Made by a program: the position numbers and the translations under genes. 64,000 nucleotides of DNA from a virus. The DNA lies in the IMG/VR virus record IMGVR_UViG_3300043571_000443, positions 10,187 to 74,186 of that record; one strand, written 5' to 3'. Shown piece by piece: positions 28,080 through 38,106 of the stretch (position 1 is the stretch's first letter; the number at the start of each line of letters is the position of its first letter). The notes beneath the pieces are model-generated. The model was not told the DNA's origin and ran no database searches. It was given only the letters and a program-made list of their open reading frames with translations.

Positions 28080-28142
28080 TGTGACCAAACGAACTCCTAA
28101 CTCTCAGCCCTCAGCACCTTGGGAAATGCTGGGGGTTTTTTA
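28080..28142 (+). ncRNA. Candidate ~60-nt small RNA
   Basis: TTGACA-17-TATAGT promoter at about 28046-28074 followed closely by a hairpin plus T6 terminator at 28108-28142. Confidence 0.45.
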
Positions 28143-30068
28143 TACTGTGGCAAACACTTGGATGCCGGAGGCCTCGACCGGCACAGCATTAGCCACCACG
28201 ATGGTGCCAGTGATGGGCTCTGGGTCAGGGGTGGGGTTGCCCACTGTCGGGGCTGGCGTGGTGCCCACCAGGATGCCAGACACCGCCACCTTGCAAGTAT
28301 CCACCGTATGCTCCCAGGTGACACTATCGGCCCGGTAGTGCAAGATCCGCCCGGATGGCTCCACCACATTGAAGGGAAACAAGGGCGGTGCGGTCAGCAG
28401 TGCATCGGTGACCGGCAACTCGACGATAGCGGCCCTGTGGCGGCCTGCAATCAGCTTTAGGTGTAGCTGCGCCATGGTTTCACACTGGGCCTGACTGAAG
28501 CCATAGGGAAGGGTATAGAGCCGCTTTCTGGTGCGGCCGCTGCCACCGCCAGGCTGGGTATAGTTGATGGTGGCCTGGTATTCAACATCCTCAGTAGAAA
28601 CACCGCCATCCCATAGCTCAGCTCGGGGTGGCTGGTTTTCGCCAGATGCGCTGGTGCTACTTGTGGCGGTGGTGACTGCAGCCCCAGCACCTACCTCAGG
28701 GCTGGAGTTTTTGAACTTTTTAGGATACTTTTCCACCCTGGCCTTTTTCCAGGTATTGTCACCAACCTTGGTCCAGGTGTCGATCTCGCGCTTTACTTCA
28801 GTCAGGCTAGTGTCAGGTTCAACAATGCCGCTTAAGCGGTTTTCTTCGCTTTGATCAACCCAGTACTGGGCCTGTTGCTCGACTCGCTCCACCCGGGTAA
28901 CAATCTCGTCATCGGTGTAGCTGTAAGTCGTGGTGGTGCGTTGTACCAAGTCTGCGACAGTTTTATTGCTGCTGCCTGCAAAGTAAGTATAGCGATCTTG
29001 GCGAATCTCTTCAATTTCCTCAGTCAACCGACCTTGTTTAGTCAGGTCAAAGCGGCGCTCAAGCGTCGTTACCTTCCAGTTGCGGGGAGTACAAGGCCCC
29101 ATGCCGACCGTCTCTAGCGGATCTTTGGCCACACCGGAGGGTGGTGCATCCAGCCTAGTGGTAGTGACATGGTACAAAATATTTCCCGTAGTAGACCAGT
29201 CGATCACCGTGTTGGTGCGGCCCACAATGCCAGTACCGGGGCACGACACATTGCCGACCTGGAATGGCTCTCTGTCCCCCTGCACCGTCACCACATCAAC
29301 AATCGGCTTGGCGATGGGTGTACTAACGGTGCCAGTACCCGCCACCTTGATCTGGTCCGGTGGGCTACCTTCGGTCTTTACAGCCTGGTAGGCGACATCG
29401 TTAGTACCCAGGGTGATGGTTGCTGTCGGGCTGGCGATGGCTAGGCTTAGCTGGCCAGCCACCACTGTTCCTGCCGTGTTCTGGTACAGGAACCGATAGT
29501 CATTGCTGTAGGCGATCTCGCCTGCCTGCTGGACAAAGCTACCGCTAGCGCCTTTGCCCTCTGGCACCGTCAGCGCATAGGGCCATGTGCCTAGGCTGAT
29601 CTGGCCGGATGGCATCTCATTAGCAACTAACAGGTTAGTGGCCGCTGTGGCTGAGTTGAGCGCTGTTCCTGTCGTCACCCCAGTTTTTTCGTCGTCGTAC
29701 TCAAAGGTATTGTGCCAGGCTAGCCGACAGCCTAGCTCCAACACAATGCCCTCCCCCGGCGCTGGAAACTCTGGCTCCTCCAGCAAGAACAAGCGCCCCA
29801 TCGGGTGGACGACATAGGCCCCTGCACTATTGGCTACCTCTACCCTGACGGGCTGGCCGGGCCGCCAACGGGTTGGGTTGTCGCGGGGGTCGATGCTTTC
29901 TGGGTTGGTGCTAACTTTGAGAATTTCCAGCGTTGCCGATACGGTGATCAGCCCCGACTCTGACAGGCTATCCCACTGGGGCAAGAACTCGCCCGCCGAT
30001 GTACTCCAGTCCTGCTGGTCAGCGCCAATAAATACCCGTATGCGTCGGCTGCGGATCAATGCAGGCAT
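28140..30068 (-). CDS. Tail tip / hub protein
   Basis: 642 aa downstream of the tape-measure and distal-tail genes; late motif at 30094. Confidence 0.6.
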   Translation of the reverse strand: MPALIRSRRIRVFIGADQQDWSTSAGEFLPQWDSLSESGLITVSATLEILKVSTNPESIDPRDNPTRWRPGQPVRVEVANSAGAYVVHPMGRLFLLEEPEFPAPGEGIVLELGCRLAWHNTFEYDDEKTGVTTGTALNSATAATNLLVANEMPSGQISLGTWPYALTVPEGKGASGSFVQQAGEIAYSNDYRFLYQNTAGTVVAGQLSLAIASPTATITLGTNDVAYQAVKTEGSPPDQIKVAGTGTVSTPIAKPIVDVVTVQGDREPFQVGNVSCPGTGIVGRTNTVIDWSTTGNILYHVTTTRLDAPPSGVAKDPLETVGMGPCTPRNWKVTTLERRFDLTKQGRLTEEIEEIRQDRYTYFAGSSNKTVADLVQRTTTTYSYTDDEIVTRVERVEQQAQYWVDQSEENRLSGIVEPDTSLTEVKREIDTWTKVGDNTWKKARVEKYPKKFKNSSPEVGAGAAVTTATSSTSASGENQPPRAELWDGGVSTEDVEYQATINYTQPGGGSGRTRKRLYTLPYGFSQAQCETMAQLHLKLIAGRHRAAIVELPVTDALLTAPPLFPFNVVEPSGRILHYRADSVTWEHTVDTCKVAVSGILVGTTPAPTVGNPTPDPEPITGTIVVANAVPVEASGIQVFATV

Positions 30069-30135
30069 GGTTGTTGTCCCTAGGTCACAGCCTTAGGGTG
30101 CCCTGGGCATTCTGGAAGCAGCATTTTGAGGGACT

Positions 30136-30885
30136 ATGACATACTGCGAAAAGACAGCCGAAGAGATCCGTGAATCGATGAATAGCCGCTATGACACCAA
30201 TACGGCCTATTCGCTGCAGCTATTGTGGGATATTGCCCGCATGGAAGACCTTAACCAAAAGACAATGACCTACCTGGGCGATGACCCAGGGCGGATCCTG
30301 GAAGTATGCTGCGGTCAGGGCGGCTCTGCGCCATACTTGGATCCATTGGCTGACTATACGGGCATCGACATTAGCGATGTGGCTATCGCGCTAGCCCAGC
30401 AAGCATTTCCTGAATTTAGCTACCAACAGGGTGATGTATGCCAGCTTGACTTTGAAGATGGCACCTTTAACACCGTCATCGCCAAGGAAGCCATCGAGCA
30501 CCTGTTAGAGCCTGACAGGGCGCTCAAGGAATGGCATCGGGTGCTAGCCCCAGGCGGGCTGCTAGTGCTAACTACCCCTAACCGCGACTCGCTCCACCTG
30601 CGTATCAATCGCGCTCTGGGCCACGGCGACTTTCTATGCTCCTACGATCATGTCAAAGAGTTTACCTTCAGCGAGATGACCGCCATGATGGAGTCTGCCG
30701 GGTTCAGCATAGAAGCTAGCTGCGGCTCATTCCTGATGCCCTACTGGGGGATCCCACATGTCGATGGGCCAGTGCGCTACCTGACCGATCAGGATCCATC
30801 TGTCGTTGAAATACTGCAAGACTTAGGCGATAAAGTTGGCGCTGACTATGGCTTTTGCATGGTCATCAAAGCTCGACGGCGGTAA
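30136..30885 (+). CDS. Class I SAM-dependent methyltransferase (small-molecule or glycan type)
   Basis: ILEVCCGQG, GIDIS, EAIEHL, RVLAPGG, TTPN; opposite strand to the tail operon. Confidence 0.85.
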   Translation: MTYCEKTAEEIRESMNSRYDTNTAYSLQLLWDIARMEDLNQKTMTYLGDDPGRILEVCCGQGGSAPYLDPLADYTGIDISDVAIALAQQAFPEFSYQQGDVCQLDFEDGTFNTVIAKEAIEHLLEPDRALKEWHRVLAPGGLLVLTTPNRDSLHLRINRALGHGDFLCSYDHVKEFTFSEMTAMMESAGFSIEASCGSFLMPYWGIPHVDGPVRYLTDQDPSVVEILQDLGDKVGADYGFCMVIKARRR

Positions 30886-31381
30886 TCGTCGCCGCCCTGG
30901 CCCCGGCATCCTCCTCCGCCCACTGGCCAATATATTCACTCCAGGCATCCTCTAGCTGTAGCTGCACCGAAAACACGCCATAGCCTACCCGATAGCCTGG
31001 CCCCCAGGAGGGCGTTGTCTGGCTCAGCAAGGTGCGGTTGTTATAGGCTGGGTCTATGACTACTTGATCGACTTCATCAATCAGCCTGAGGGCATTCTGA
31101 GTGGACTTTTGGTAGATGGCCAGGGCCTCTAGGTGTTGGGCCTCGCTGGTGGTTAGCCAGGGCGTCAAGGTCCACAGGAATTTCGGTGCATAGGCAGGGC
31201 CGATGATCGGGGTGGTGCCCCAGTTGGTGGGCGTGCCCGTGGTGTCATAGCCGATAGCGGCCCGCTGGCTGAAGGATATACCTTCCTCGCCCCGGTACAA
31301 GGTTAGTACAGCCAGGCTGGCGGTGTTAAAGTTGGTGGTGCTATTGCCAGCAATGCCGATCCTGATTTCCCCTGCTGCCAT
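30866..31381 (-). CDS. Distal tail protein (putative)
   Basis: Directly after the tape measure gene. Confidence 0.55.
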   Translation of the reverse strand: MAAGEIRIGIAGNSTTNFNTASLAVLTLYRGEEGISFSQRAAIGYDTTGTPTNWGTTPIIGPAYAPKFLWTLTPWLTTSEAQHLEALAIYQKSTQNALRLIDEVDQVVIDPAYNNRTLLSQTTPSWGPGYRVGYGVFSVQLQLEDAWSEYIGQWAEEDAGARAATITAVEL

Positions 31382-34300
31382 TACAGTACCCTCCCCCGGG
31401 CCAGCGCCCTGACTTGCTTGATCTGTAGTTCAACTGCATCACTGAGCGGGTTCTGAGTATTCAGGGTAAAGCTAGTGGGGGCCACTACCCGCCGCCCCTG
31501 CCGCACCTCTTGCAACAGCTCCGATAGCTTAGCCTCGACGCCTGCTATAGACTGGGGCTTGATGGCCATAACGGGCTGACGGGCCATGATGGCCGCTGTT
31601 TCGCCTGCAGTATGCACCCAGCCCCGTCGGGTGGGGGTGATCAGCTCAGGGCCTTCTTCGCCTACCAGGTAGGGCTGGCCAGCCGCAACCGGGCCACCGT
31701 CGCGCCGGGCACCAATGATCGAACTTAGTGAAGACCCCGACAAAGCGCCTTGAATAGTTGCAGCGGCTTGCTGGCCTCCTCGAACAATGCCTTGCTCTAT
31801 TTCATTGCCTGCCTGCTGGCCACCACTCAGAAACGTTTGATTAGCCTGATCGGCGTCAATCAGCTGCAAAATGTCACCTCGCCCTACAGCGCCAAGCAAC
31901 TCCCTTGCAATCTGGCTATCAGTGTTCTGCGCGAAATTGATCAAGTCCTTAAGTTGGCCGCCCTGGCTAAGAATCGATTGGAGCTGATTTGCAGCCTGCT
32001 CAAATTCTTGGCCTACACCTTTGAATAGGCCAGCCTGCTGAGCCTCCCTAAAACGATCCCTGATCAACTGCAATTGCTTCAGTGATTCCCTGTTCTCTTG
32101 CTGCTGACTGGTCAAGGCCTGGGCCAGCAAGCTTGCTCGCTTGCGGTCTAGCTCGACGATTGATTCTTTCAGGCTTTTCTGACTTTGCAGTCCCGCATTT
32201 TGATCGCCAATACTGTCAGTAGCCGCATTAGATTGTTCAGCAGACTGATCAGCGTTTTGTTTTGACGCCTCAGCTTGCTTTTGATCCTCCTCGCTGATCT
32301 TTTCTTGAACGTCTAGCTCTTCATTTTTTGCCTTAAATAGCTGATCGGTTGTCTTGCCAGCTTCCCTAGATGCCGCAGCCGCCTCTTTGCGCAGCCTGAC
32401 AATTTCCTGTAGCTGACCGATCTCTTGCTGAGTAGCGCCATTAGCCTGGGCTTTGGACACAGCGATCTCAGCTTCAGTCACCGCAATGTCAGCCAGGACC
32501 GTAGCCCGCTGCACCTCAGCCTGGGCCAACTGAAACTCAAGGTCTAACTGTTGACGCTTAAATTCAAACTCCTGGGCGATAGCTTGCCGGTTCAATGCGT
32601 CAATTTCTTGCTGAATGGCCTTTGCTTCAGCTGATCTACCCTCAGCCTCAGCCTGGGCTAGCTTTGTCTGCAGCCGTTCCTGCTCAAGAGTCAACAGCGC
32701 CGATTCAACGCCCTGCTGCTGGGCAAGTAAGGATTGTTCAGTGGAAATGGCCTCCGACCTAAGCCGGATCCGTTCAGATTCGATATTGCTCGACGCCTGG
32801 GCCGCGTTAAGCTGTTCATCTAATGCCTTAATTGCCGCTTCCTTGGCTTGCTCTTCTGCCTGTTTTTTCGCCTGCAGCACCTGCTGGGCTAGGGCAACCC
32901 GGTCATTGGCTAGGGTTAGCTCAACCTGGCGGATCTGGTCAGCGGTCTTCTGCGCGTCTTCACCCTCAGCCGGGGTCAGCTCCTTTAGCTGAGCCAGGAA
33001 GTCTTTGTTAGCATCAATGCGGTCTTTCAGTGCTTGCTGCTCCGCCTGGGCTAGCTTGGCCGGATCCCCGCCTGCCTCCAGGATGGTAGCCCGGGTGTTG
33101 GCAGCGGCTAGCTCCAGGTCGGATAGGGCCTGCTGGTTAGCAGCAGTAAGCCCTTCAAGGCTCTTTTTCTGTTCCTCAGCCGAATCAGCCAACGCATCAC
33201 TTACAGCCTGAGCGATCTCTTTCTGCTTGTTAGCAATCGCCAGCCGTGCATCAGCAGAATCACGCTCGATAGACTCAATTTCTAGCTGAGCCTGCTGGAC
33301 TTCTTTGGGATCCAAGATACCAGCCTCAATAGCTGTCTTTAGCTTGTCGGCATATACCCGATTTTGAGCTACCCGCTTGTTTAGTGCGTCAGCTTCAACC
33401 TGCAAAATGCGCGTCTGGGGCTCGCCTGCCTCGACAAGCTTAGCCTGGGCGTTGAGAGAATCTGTCTCAATTTTTTGTAAAGCCTTAGCGTTCTGAGTCA
33501 CTAGATCCTGGTAACTGTCCACCAAGTCAAAACGTCGCTGAAACTCTAGCTTTTCTTGCTCTAATGCTTTGATAGACGCATTGATCTGGGTGGTAAATTG
33601 CTGGTACGCATCGGCCCCAAGCGTGGCCGGATCCAAGCCTTCCTGCTGGCGTTGTAGCCCTAGCAGGGTGGCATTAATAGCTTCAAGCTGGGTTTGGGCT
33701 TGCTTTTGCGAACTGACGTACTGACCAGTGGCGTTAACCCCTGTCGTACCAAATTGTTCTGTTGATCGAATCACCTCATCGGTGGCAGTAAGTATATTTT
33801 CTAATGCTATCTTTTGGTCATTAAGCTGCTTTTCAGCATTGGTAGTATCGGGCAGTAAGTTAAGAGCTGCGTTTGCACCTGGCACCAAAAGAAGTGCCTG
33901 CTGCATACCAGGAACAGACTTTATAATCCCGTCAATTCGTTCCCTAATCTGCACCAACTTTTCAGTAATTTTGTCAAGAAAGTCAGTCGGCGGGGGCTCT
34001 GCAGGGAACAACTCCAGTAAACCCTGCCGAGTGGCTGCAGCTTGGCTGCTGGTTCCTTGCAGTTCAAGCTGGACTTCTGCCAAGCTCTTACGAATGTCGT
34101 CAGCACCTTCATTAAGCGCTGCGCCGCCATCCTTGAACCGGCTCAAGGCGACTGACACCGAAGCTATTGCTCCAGCCAGCAATGCGAACTGTGCGCCAGC
34201 GCCAGCGGCCCCGGCAAAGCCCTGGATCGCAGTCCTGGCGGCAGCACCTTGGGCGGCCAAGTTCTGGGCCAATAGCAGGCCGGACCTGGATCCCGTGGCC

Positions 34301-36210
34301 TGGGCGGTAGCCAGCGCTCTTGTAGCTGCAGTTGAAGCGATAACGCTTCTGGTCATGGCGACAAGGCCGCCAGTAATCTGGGTAAATGTGCTGACTAAGT
34401 TCTGAGCCCGCACAGCAATCATCTGCACTACTAATGCTTGGAAGGCTACCTCTACCAGCTTGGTATTGGACAGCAAAGGCTGGAGTGCTTGAACTGCGCT
34501 ATTGATGACTCCGACCAATGCGCTCAGGGTGGGGGCAAGACTGGTAAACAAAGATCCAGCTGCACCAGCAAACGATGCGCCAATCCTGCCGACAGTACCA
34601 GCGATCTGTAGCAAGGAGGCCACAAACCGGCCAGCCGCCTCAGCGGCGCTAACGAACCTAGCGGCTAACTCGCTGATGATTTGTGGGTTGGTCTGCAGTG
34701 CCGTGGTGATTCGGTTTATCTGATCAGCGATGCCTTGGCTAAGTATCTTGGCAATGTCCGTAAACGCCGCTGCCAGCTGGGTGACAAACTCTGGATTGCC
34801 GCGCAATGTTTCAGCAAAACGCTCTCCAGCGTCTGAAATAGCGGTAAAACTGTCGCCCGCCTTAATAATTTCGTTAATTACATCTGTTAAAAATCGAATA
34901 CTGCCCTCAAGGCCTATCTCAAAAGCTTTACCCAGCTGATTTCTAAGCGTGTCAATAGATCCACCAATAGTTCTTAAGCTACCATCCAACCCCTCCAGCA
35001 AAAGCTTGCCGGTCTTAACTGCAGCGCCTTCCCCTTGCTGGCTTAATACGGCAACCTCTTCGGTAATTTGCTGGATCCGCTCGATAGATGTGTTGGCAAT
35101 CGTTTGGAAGGCCCGACCTCCTTCGATACCAAACAAGGCCTTAAGCACCAGGTCTTGATCTCCCTGACTTAGTGTTTCTAGGCCTGCCTGAATCTCAGGA
35201 ACAACCTGCAAAAGATCCCTAACTTCGCCATTACTATCCCTGACGCTGGCCGCCAAAAGGTTATAAGCTTGGGTAGCTTTCTTGTTTCCCTTGACCAGAT
35301 CGCCATATTCACTGTTTGCGCCAGCCGAAGCGGTCTTTAGCCTGTCTAGCGCTGCAGCAAGGTTAGTCCCCGCCTGACTACCCTGGATGCCAGCATCACC
35401 CAATGCGCCCAAAAGGACAGCCGTTGTCGACACAGACTGATTAGCGGCAGCAGCAGCTGGGGCTACATATTTGAACGACTCTCCGAGGCCTGATACCGAT
35501 GTATTGGTGGCGTTTGCTGTTGCCACCAGGGTATTAGCGACCTCCAGGCTTTGACTAGCCTGCAACCCATAGGCCCGCAGCGTCTTGGCCACAATATCAC
35601 CGACTGTCGCCAGTGATTCTCCTGTAGCCTCTGAGGCCCTGGCAATGCCTTCAAGAGCGTCAGCTGTTTCTGTTGCACTAAAGCCCGCCCTAGTTAATTC
35701 AACAGCGGTCTTAGCGATTTCGATAGGTGTCTTACTCGTGACGATCCCCAGCCGCTCGATCTCGTTACCCAGCGCCTCAAACTGAGGAGTGCCAATGCTC
35801 TGGCTAATCGCGCCAGCCTGCTGCAATGCGCCTTGGAATTCTACAAAGCTAGAGATGGATCCACCGATGACATTACCAACGCCTCTGACGGCGCTGTTGA
35901 AGGCTTGAAACCCAATCTGGGTTAGCTGTTGCCCAAAGCCCTGCAATAGCCCCTGGAATACCGCATCCAGCTTCCTAGCCTCGCCTGCTGTTGATCGGGT
36001 CTGGCCTTCGAGTTGCCGTAGTTCGTTGATCAGCTGGTCTACCTCAGCCCCGCTCAAATTATAGGCTGCGCCAAGGGCCTTGGCTGTACTGGCCGCCTTT
36101 GCATTCTGGTCCTGCAGTCGCTTTACCTGATCATCCAGGTTCTTGATTTCTTTGGCCGACTGAGCGCCGCCCTGGACACCGATCTTCACCCCAAGTCGTA
36201 AATCAGCCAC
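31381..36210 (-). CDS. Tail tape measure protein (TP901 type)
   Basis: 1609 aa, helical; LGESFKYVAP, GIQGSQAGT and YLVGEEGPEL motifs. Confidence 0.95.
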   Translation of the reverse strand: MADLRLGVKIGVQGGAQSAKEIKNLDDQVKRLQDQNAKAASTAKALGAAYNLSGAEVDQLINELRQLEGQTRSTAGEARKLDAVFQGLLQGFGQQLTQIGFQAFNSAVRGVGNVIGGSISSFVEFQGALQQAGAISQSIGTPQFEALGNEIERLGIVTSKTPIEIAKTAVELTRAGFSATETADALEGIARASEATGESLATVGDIVAKTLRAYGLQASQSLEVANTLVATANATNTSVSGLGESFKYVAPAAAAANQSVSTTAVLLGALGDAGIQGSQAGTNLAAALDRLKTASAGANSEYGDLVKGNKKATQAYNLLAASVRDSNGEVRDLLQVVPEIQAGLETLSQGDQDLVLKALFGIEGGRAFQTIANTSIERIQQITEEVAVLSQQGEGAAVKTGKLLLEGLDGSLRTIGGSIDTLRNQLGKAFEIGLEGSIRFLTDVINEIIKAGDSFTAISDAGERFAETLRGNPEFVTQLAAAFTDIAKILSQGIADQINRITTALQTNPQIISELAARFVSAAEAAGRFVASLLQIAGTVGRIGASFAGAAGSLFTSLAPTLSALVGVINSAVQALQPLLSNTKLVEVAFQALVVQMIAVRAQNLVSTFTQITGGLVAMTRSVIASTAATRALATAQATGSRSGLLLAQNLAAQGAAARTAIQGFAGAAGAGAQFALLAGAIASVSVALSRFKDGGAALNEGADDIRKSLAEVQLELQGTSSQAAATRQGLLELFPAEPPPTDFLDKITEKLVQIRERIDGIIKSVPGMQQALLLVPGANAALNLLPDTTNAEKQLNDQKIALENILTATDEVIRSTEQFGTTGVNATGQYVSSQKQAQTQLEAINATLLGLQRQQEGLDPATLGADAYQQFTTQINASIKALEQEKLEFQRRFDLVDSYQDLVTQNAKALQKIETDSLNAQAKLVEAGEPQTRILQVEADALNKRVAQNRVYADKLKTAIEAGILDPKEVQQAQLEIESIERDSADARLAIANKQKEIAQAVSDALADSAEEQKKSLEGLTAANQQALSDLELAAANTRATILEAGGDPAKLAQAEQQALKDRIDANKDFLAQLKELTPAEGEDAQKTADQIRQVELTLANDRVALAQQVLQAKKQAEEQAKEAAIKALDEQLNAAQASSNIESERIRLRSEAISTEQSLLAQQQGVESALLTLEQERLQTKLAQAEAEGRSAEAKAIQQEIDALNRQAIAQEFEFKRQQLDLEFQLAQAEVQRATVLADIAVTEAEIAVSKAQANGATQQEIGQLQEIVRLRKEAAAASREAGKTTDQLFKAKNEELDVQEKISEEDQKQAEASKQNADQSAEQSNAATDSIGDQNAGLQSQKSLKESIVELDRKRASLLAQALTSQQQENRESLKQLQLIRDRFREAQQAGLFKGVGQEFEQAANQLQSILSQGGQLKDLINFAQNTDSQIARELLGAVGRGDILQLIDADQANQTFLSGGQQAGNEIEQGIVRGGQQAAATIQGALSGSSLSSIIGARRDGGPVAAGQPYLVGEEGPELITPTRRGWVHTAGETAAIMARQPVMAIKPQSIAGVEAKLSELLQEVRQGRRVVAPTSFTLNTQNPLSDAVELQIKQVRALARGRVL

Positions 36211-36811
36211 GGTTCAGCCCCCTTGCCTCTGCCATTTCTCGTTTCTTCTGGGTCAAGATTGCCTTGTCCTTTTCGTCCTGGCTGGCCATCGCCCAGGCCC
36301 TGGACTGCATCGCGGCTAGCAGATCCCTGGCGGGGGTACTATTGGCTAGCTCCACCGCATCGGCCATGTTGCCATCACAGACTGCCGCTAAGGCCGCTAG
36401 CAGCTCCACCCGGCTACTGACCGGCTCACCACCTAGCAAGGGTGGATGCTTGGCTGGGTAGGGGCTATTGAGGGCCACCAGGGGGGCTGGCGTTTCGCCA
36501 TCGGCCGGGAACAATAGCCAGCGCATCAGCATGGGCGATACCCAGTCAGGGTCGATGCCATTCAATTCCAAGCATCGGTCACAGTGTCGCCTAAAGGCTG
36601 GATGCTCCAGGTATAGTTCACTCAACGTTTTGTCATCCGGGGCGCTGGCTAGCAATTCCCGCACCAGATCCAGCCGCTCCCAAAATTCATGCCAGCCCTG
36701 GGCATTGCAACCCCAGACCAGTTGATACCGGCCATGACGGTCCCGAAACTCAAGCGCTCCAGTCGTCAATAGCCGGTAGTCAAACCCGTCATCGTCACTA
36801 ACCCAGGGCAT
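36203..36811 (-). CDS. Tail assembly chaperone (putative)
   Basis: Between the tail tube and tape measure genes. Confidence 0.55.
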   Translation of the reverse strand: MPWVSDDDGFDYRLLTTGALEFRDRHGRYQLVWGCNAQGWHEFWERLDLVRELLASAPDDKTLSELYLEHPAFRRHCDRCLELNGIDPDWVSPMLMRWLLFPADGETPAPLVALNSPYPAKHPPLLGGEPVSSRVELLAALAAVCDGNMADAVELANSTPARDLLAAMQSRAWAMASQDEKDKAILTQKKREMAEARGLNRG

Positions 36812-36821
36812 AGCCGCTTAC

Positions 36822-37598
36822 CTAGACTGTTGCCGTATCCAGGTTGAAGATACGGAATGGCTTATCCCAGCCCGCTGGCGTGGACATACCACAGACCACC
36901 TCAACCGTTGGCACCCCGTCATCAATGGTGATGGTCGGGTCTTCGGAGATCGACGCTTCGGGGATGTAGATCTTGGTGCCACTGCTAAGCGTTGGCATAA
37001 AGATAGTGCCCCAAAACTCGAACGTACCCCAGCTCTTAGCGCCCGTAGGACCGCCATAGTCCTGAGCATTGTAGGTGGAGCTGGCATAGGCCAGGTAGGC
37101 CACGCTAGCGCCCGCCTGGGCTGCATTGAACGTCAGCGTCGTACCCGACACTGCAACGGTACCGGCACCAGAGCCGCCCACCGTTAGCGCCTGGCCAGCT
37201 TGGCCCCACGCGCCAGACTTGGTAATGACCACCGATACATTGGTAGCACTGATGCCTGCATCGGTGATAGTGTAAGGCCCGGTCGCGGGGACGGTGCCAT
37301 ACTTCAGGGTGGGGATGGTGACAGCGCTGGCAGAGCGGGGAAACTGGTTTAGGGCAAAGCCCAGGGTGCCCCAGTCCACTTCGTTGTAGGACAGCGTAAA
37401 GCTATAGCTGGTGGAGCCCTTCACCCGGCTAGCGGTAACCAGGGTGCCTTCGCTGTTAAACTTTTGCGATTCTTTGGACTCAGATTCAGCCGTCAACTCG
37501 AAACTTAGTAGCCCCAGCACCATCATTCGTTGATCGTTTGCGCTGGTGCCAGAGAATGCCGTGGTGCGGATCCACGGATCGCCAATACCTTTGAACAT
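36822..37598 (-). CDS. Major tail tube protein
   Basis: Position; beta-rich and T/S/G-rich; own late motif and twin hairpin leader. Confidence 0.7.
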   Translation of the reverse strand: MFKGIGDPWIRTTAFSGTSANDQRMMVLGLLSFELTAESESKESQKFNSEGTLVTASRVKGSTSYSFTLSYNEVDWGTLGFALNQFPRSASAVTIPTLKYGTVPATGPYTITDAGISATNVSVVITKSGAWGQAGQALTVGGSGAGTVAVSGTTLTFNAAQAGASVAYLAYASSTYNAQDYGGPTGAKSWGTFEFWGTIFMPTLSSGTKIYIPEASISEDPTITIDDGVPTVEVVCGMSTPAGWDKPFRIFNLDTATV

Positions 37599-37680
37599 GA
37601 TTTTGCCTCTAAAGCTTTAGTGGGTTGCTGGCATCACGCCATCTTTAGGGGCATCACGCCCACTGGTTTAAGAGTGCCCA

Positions 37681-38106
37681 TCAGCCTGGCCGGTTCTGAA
37701 CCACCATGGCAAAGCGTACATCCTGGCGGTAGTCTGGGTCATTGTCAGCCGGTGGGATAATTTCACTGCCGCCATACTGCAGGAATGTTCCCTGGCTAAC
37801 CTGCCAGCCCGCTAGCCGTTGGTACAACAGATCGGCCACCTGGTCGCGTAGGCTAAGCTTACGCACCGATATACGACAGTTCAAGGTAATGGTTTGAGTA
37901 ACGGCACCGGAGACGCTGTTCCCTGCCCCCTGAACTGGGCTCCAGGCAATCCAGGCTAGCGTTACCGCATCATTGGCAACAAAGCCGCTCTCGCGCCTGC
38001 TATCGGGCAATCCTTGCACCGCTACGCCTAGGGCAGCGATGGGCGACAGCCGGGCCACCAGGACAGGGATCAGGGTCGTCGTTAGGCTGAATGGGGTGTT
38101 CATCAA
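37681..38106 (-). CDS. Tail terminator / completion protein (putative)
   Basis: Position between the neck and tube genes; size. Confidence 0.55.
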   Translation of the reverse strand: MMNTPFSLTTTLIPVLVARLSPIAALGVAVQGLPDSRRESGFVANDAVTLAWIAWSPVQGAGNSVSGAVTQTITLNCRISVRKLSLRDQVADLLYQRLAGWQVSQGTFLQYGGSEIIPPADNDPDYRQDVRFAMVVQNRPG

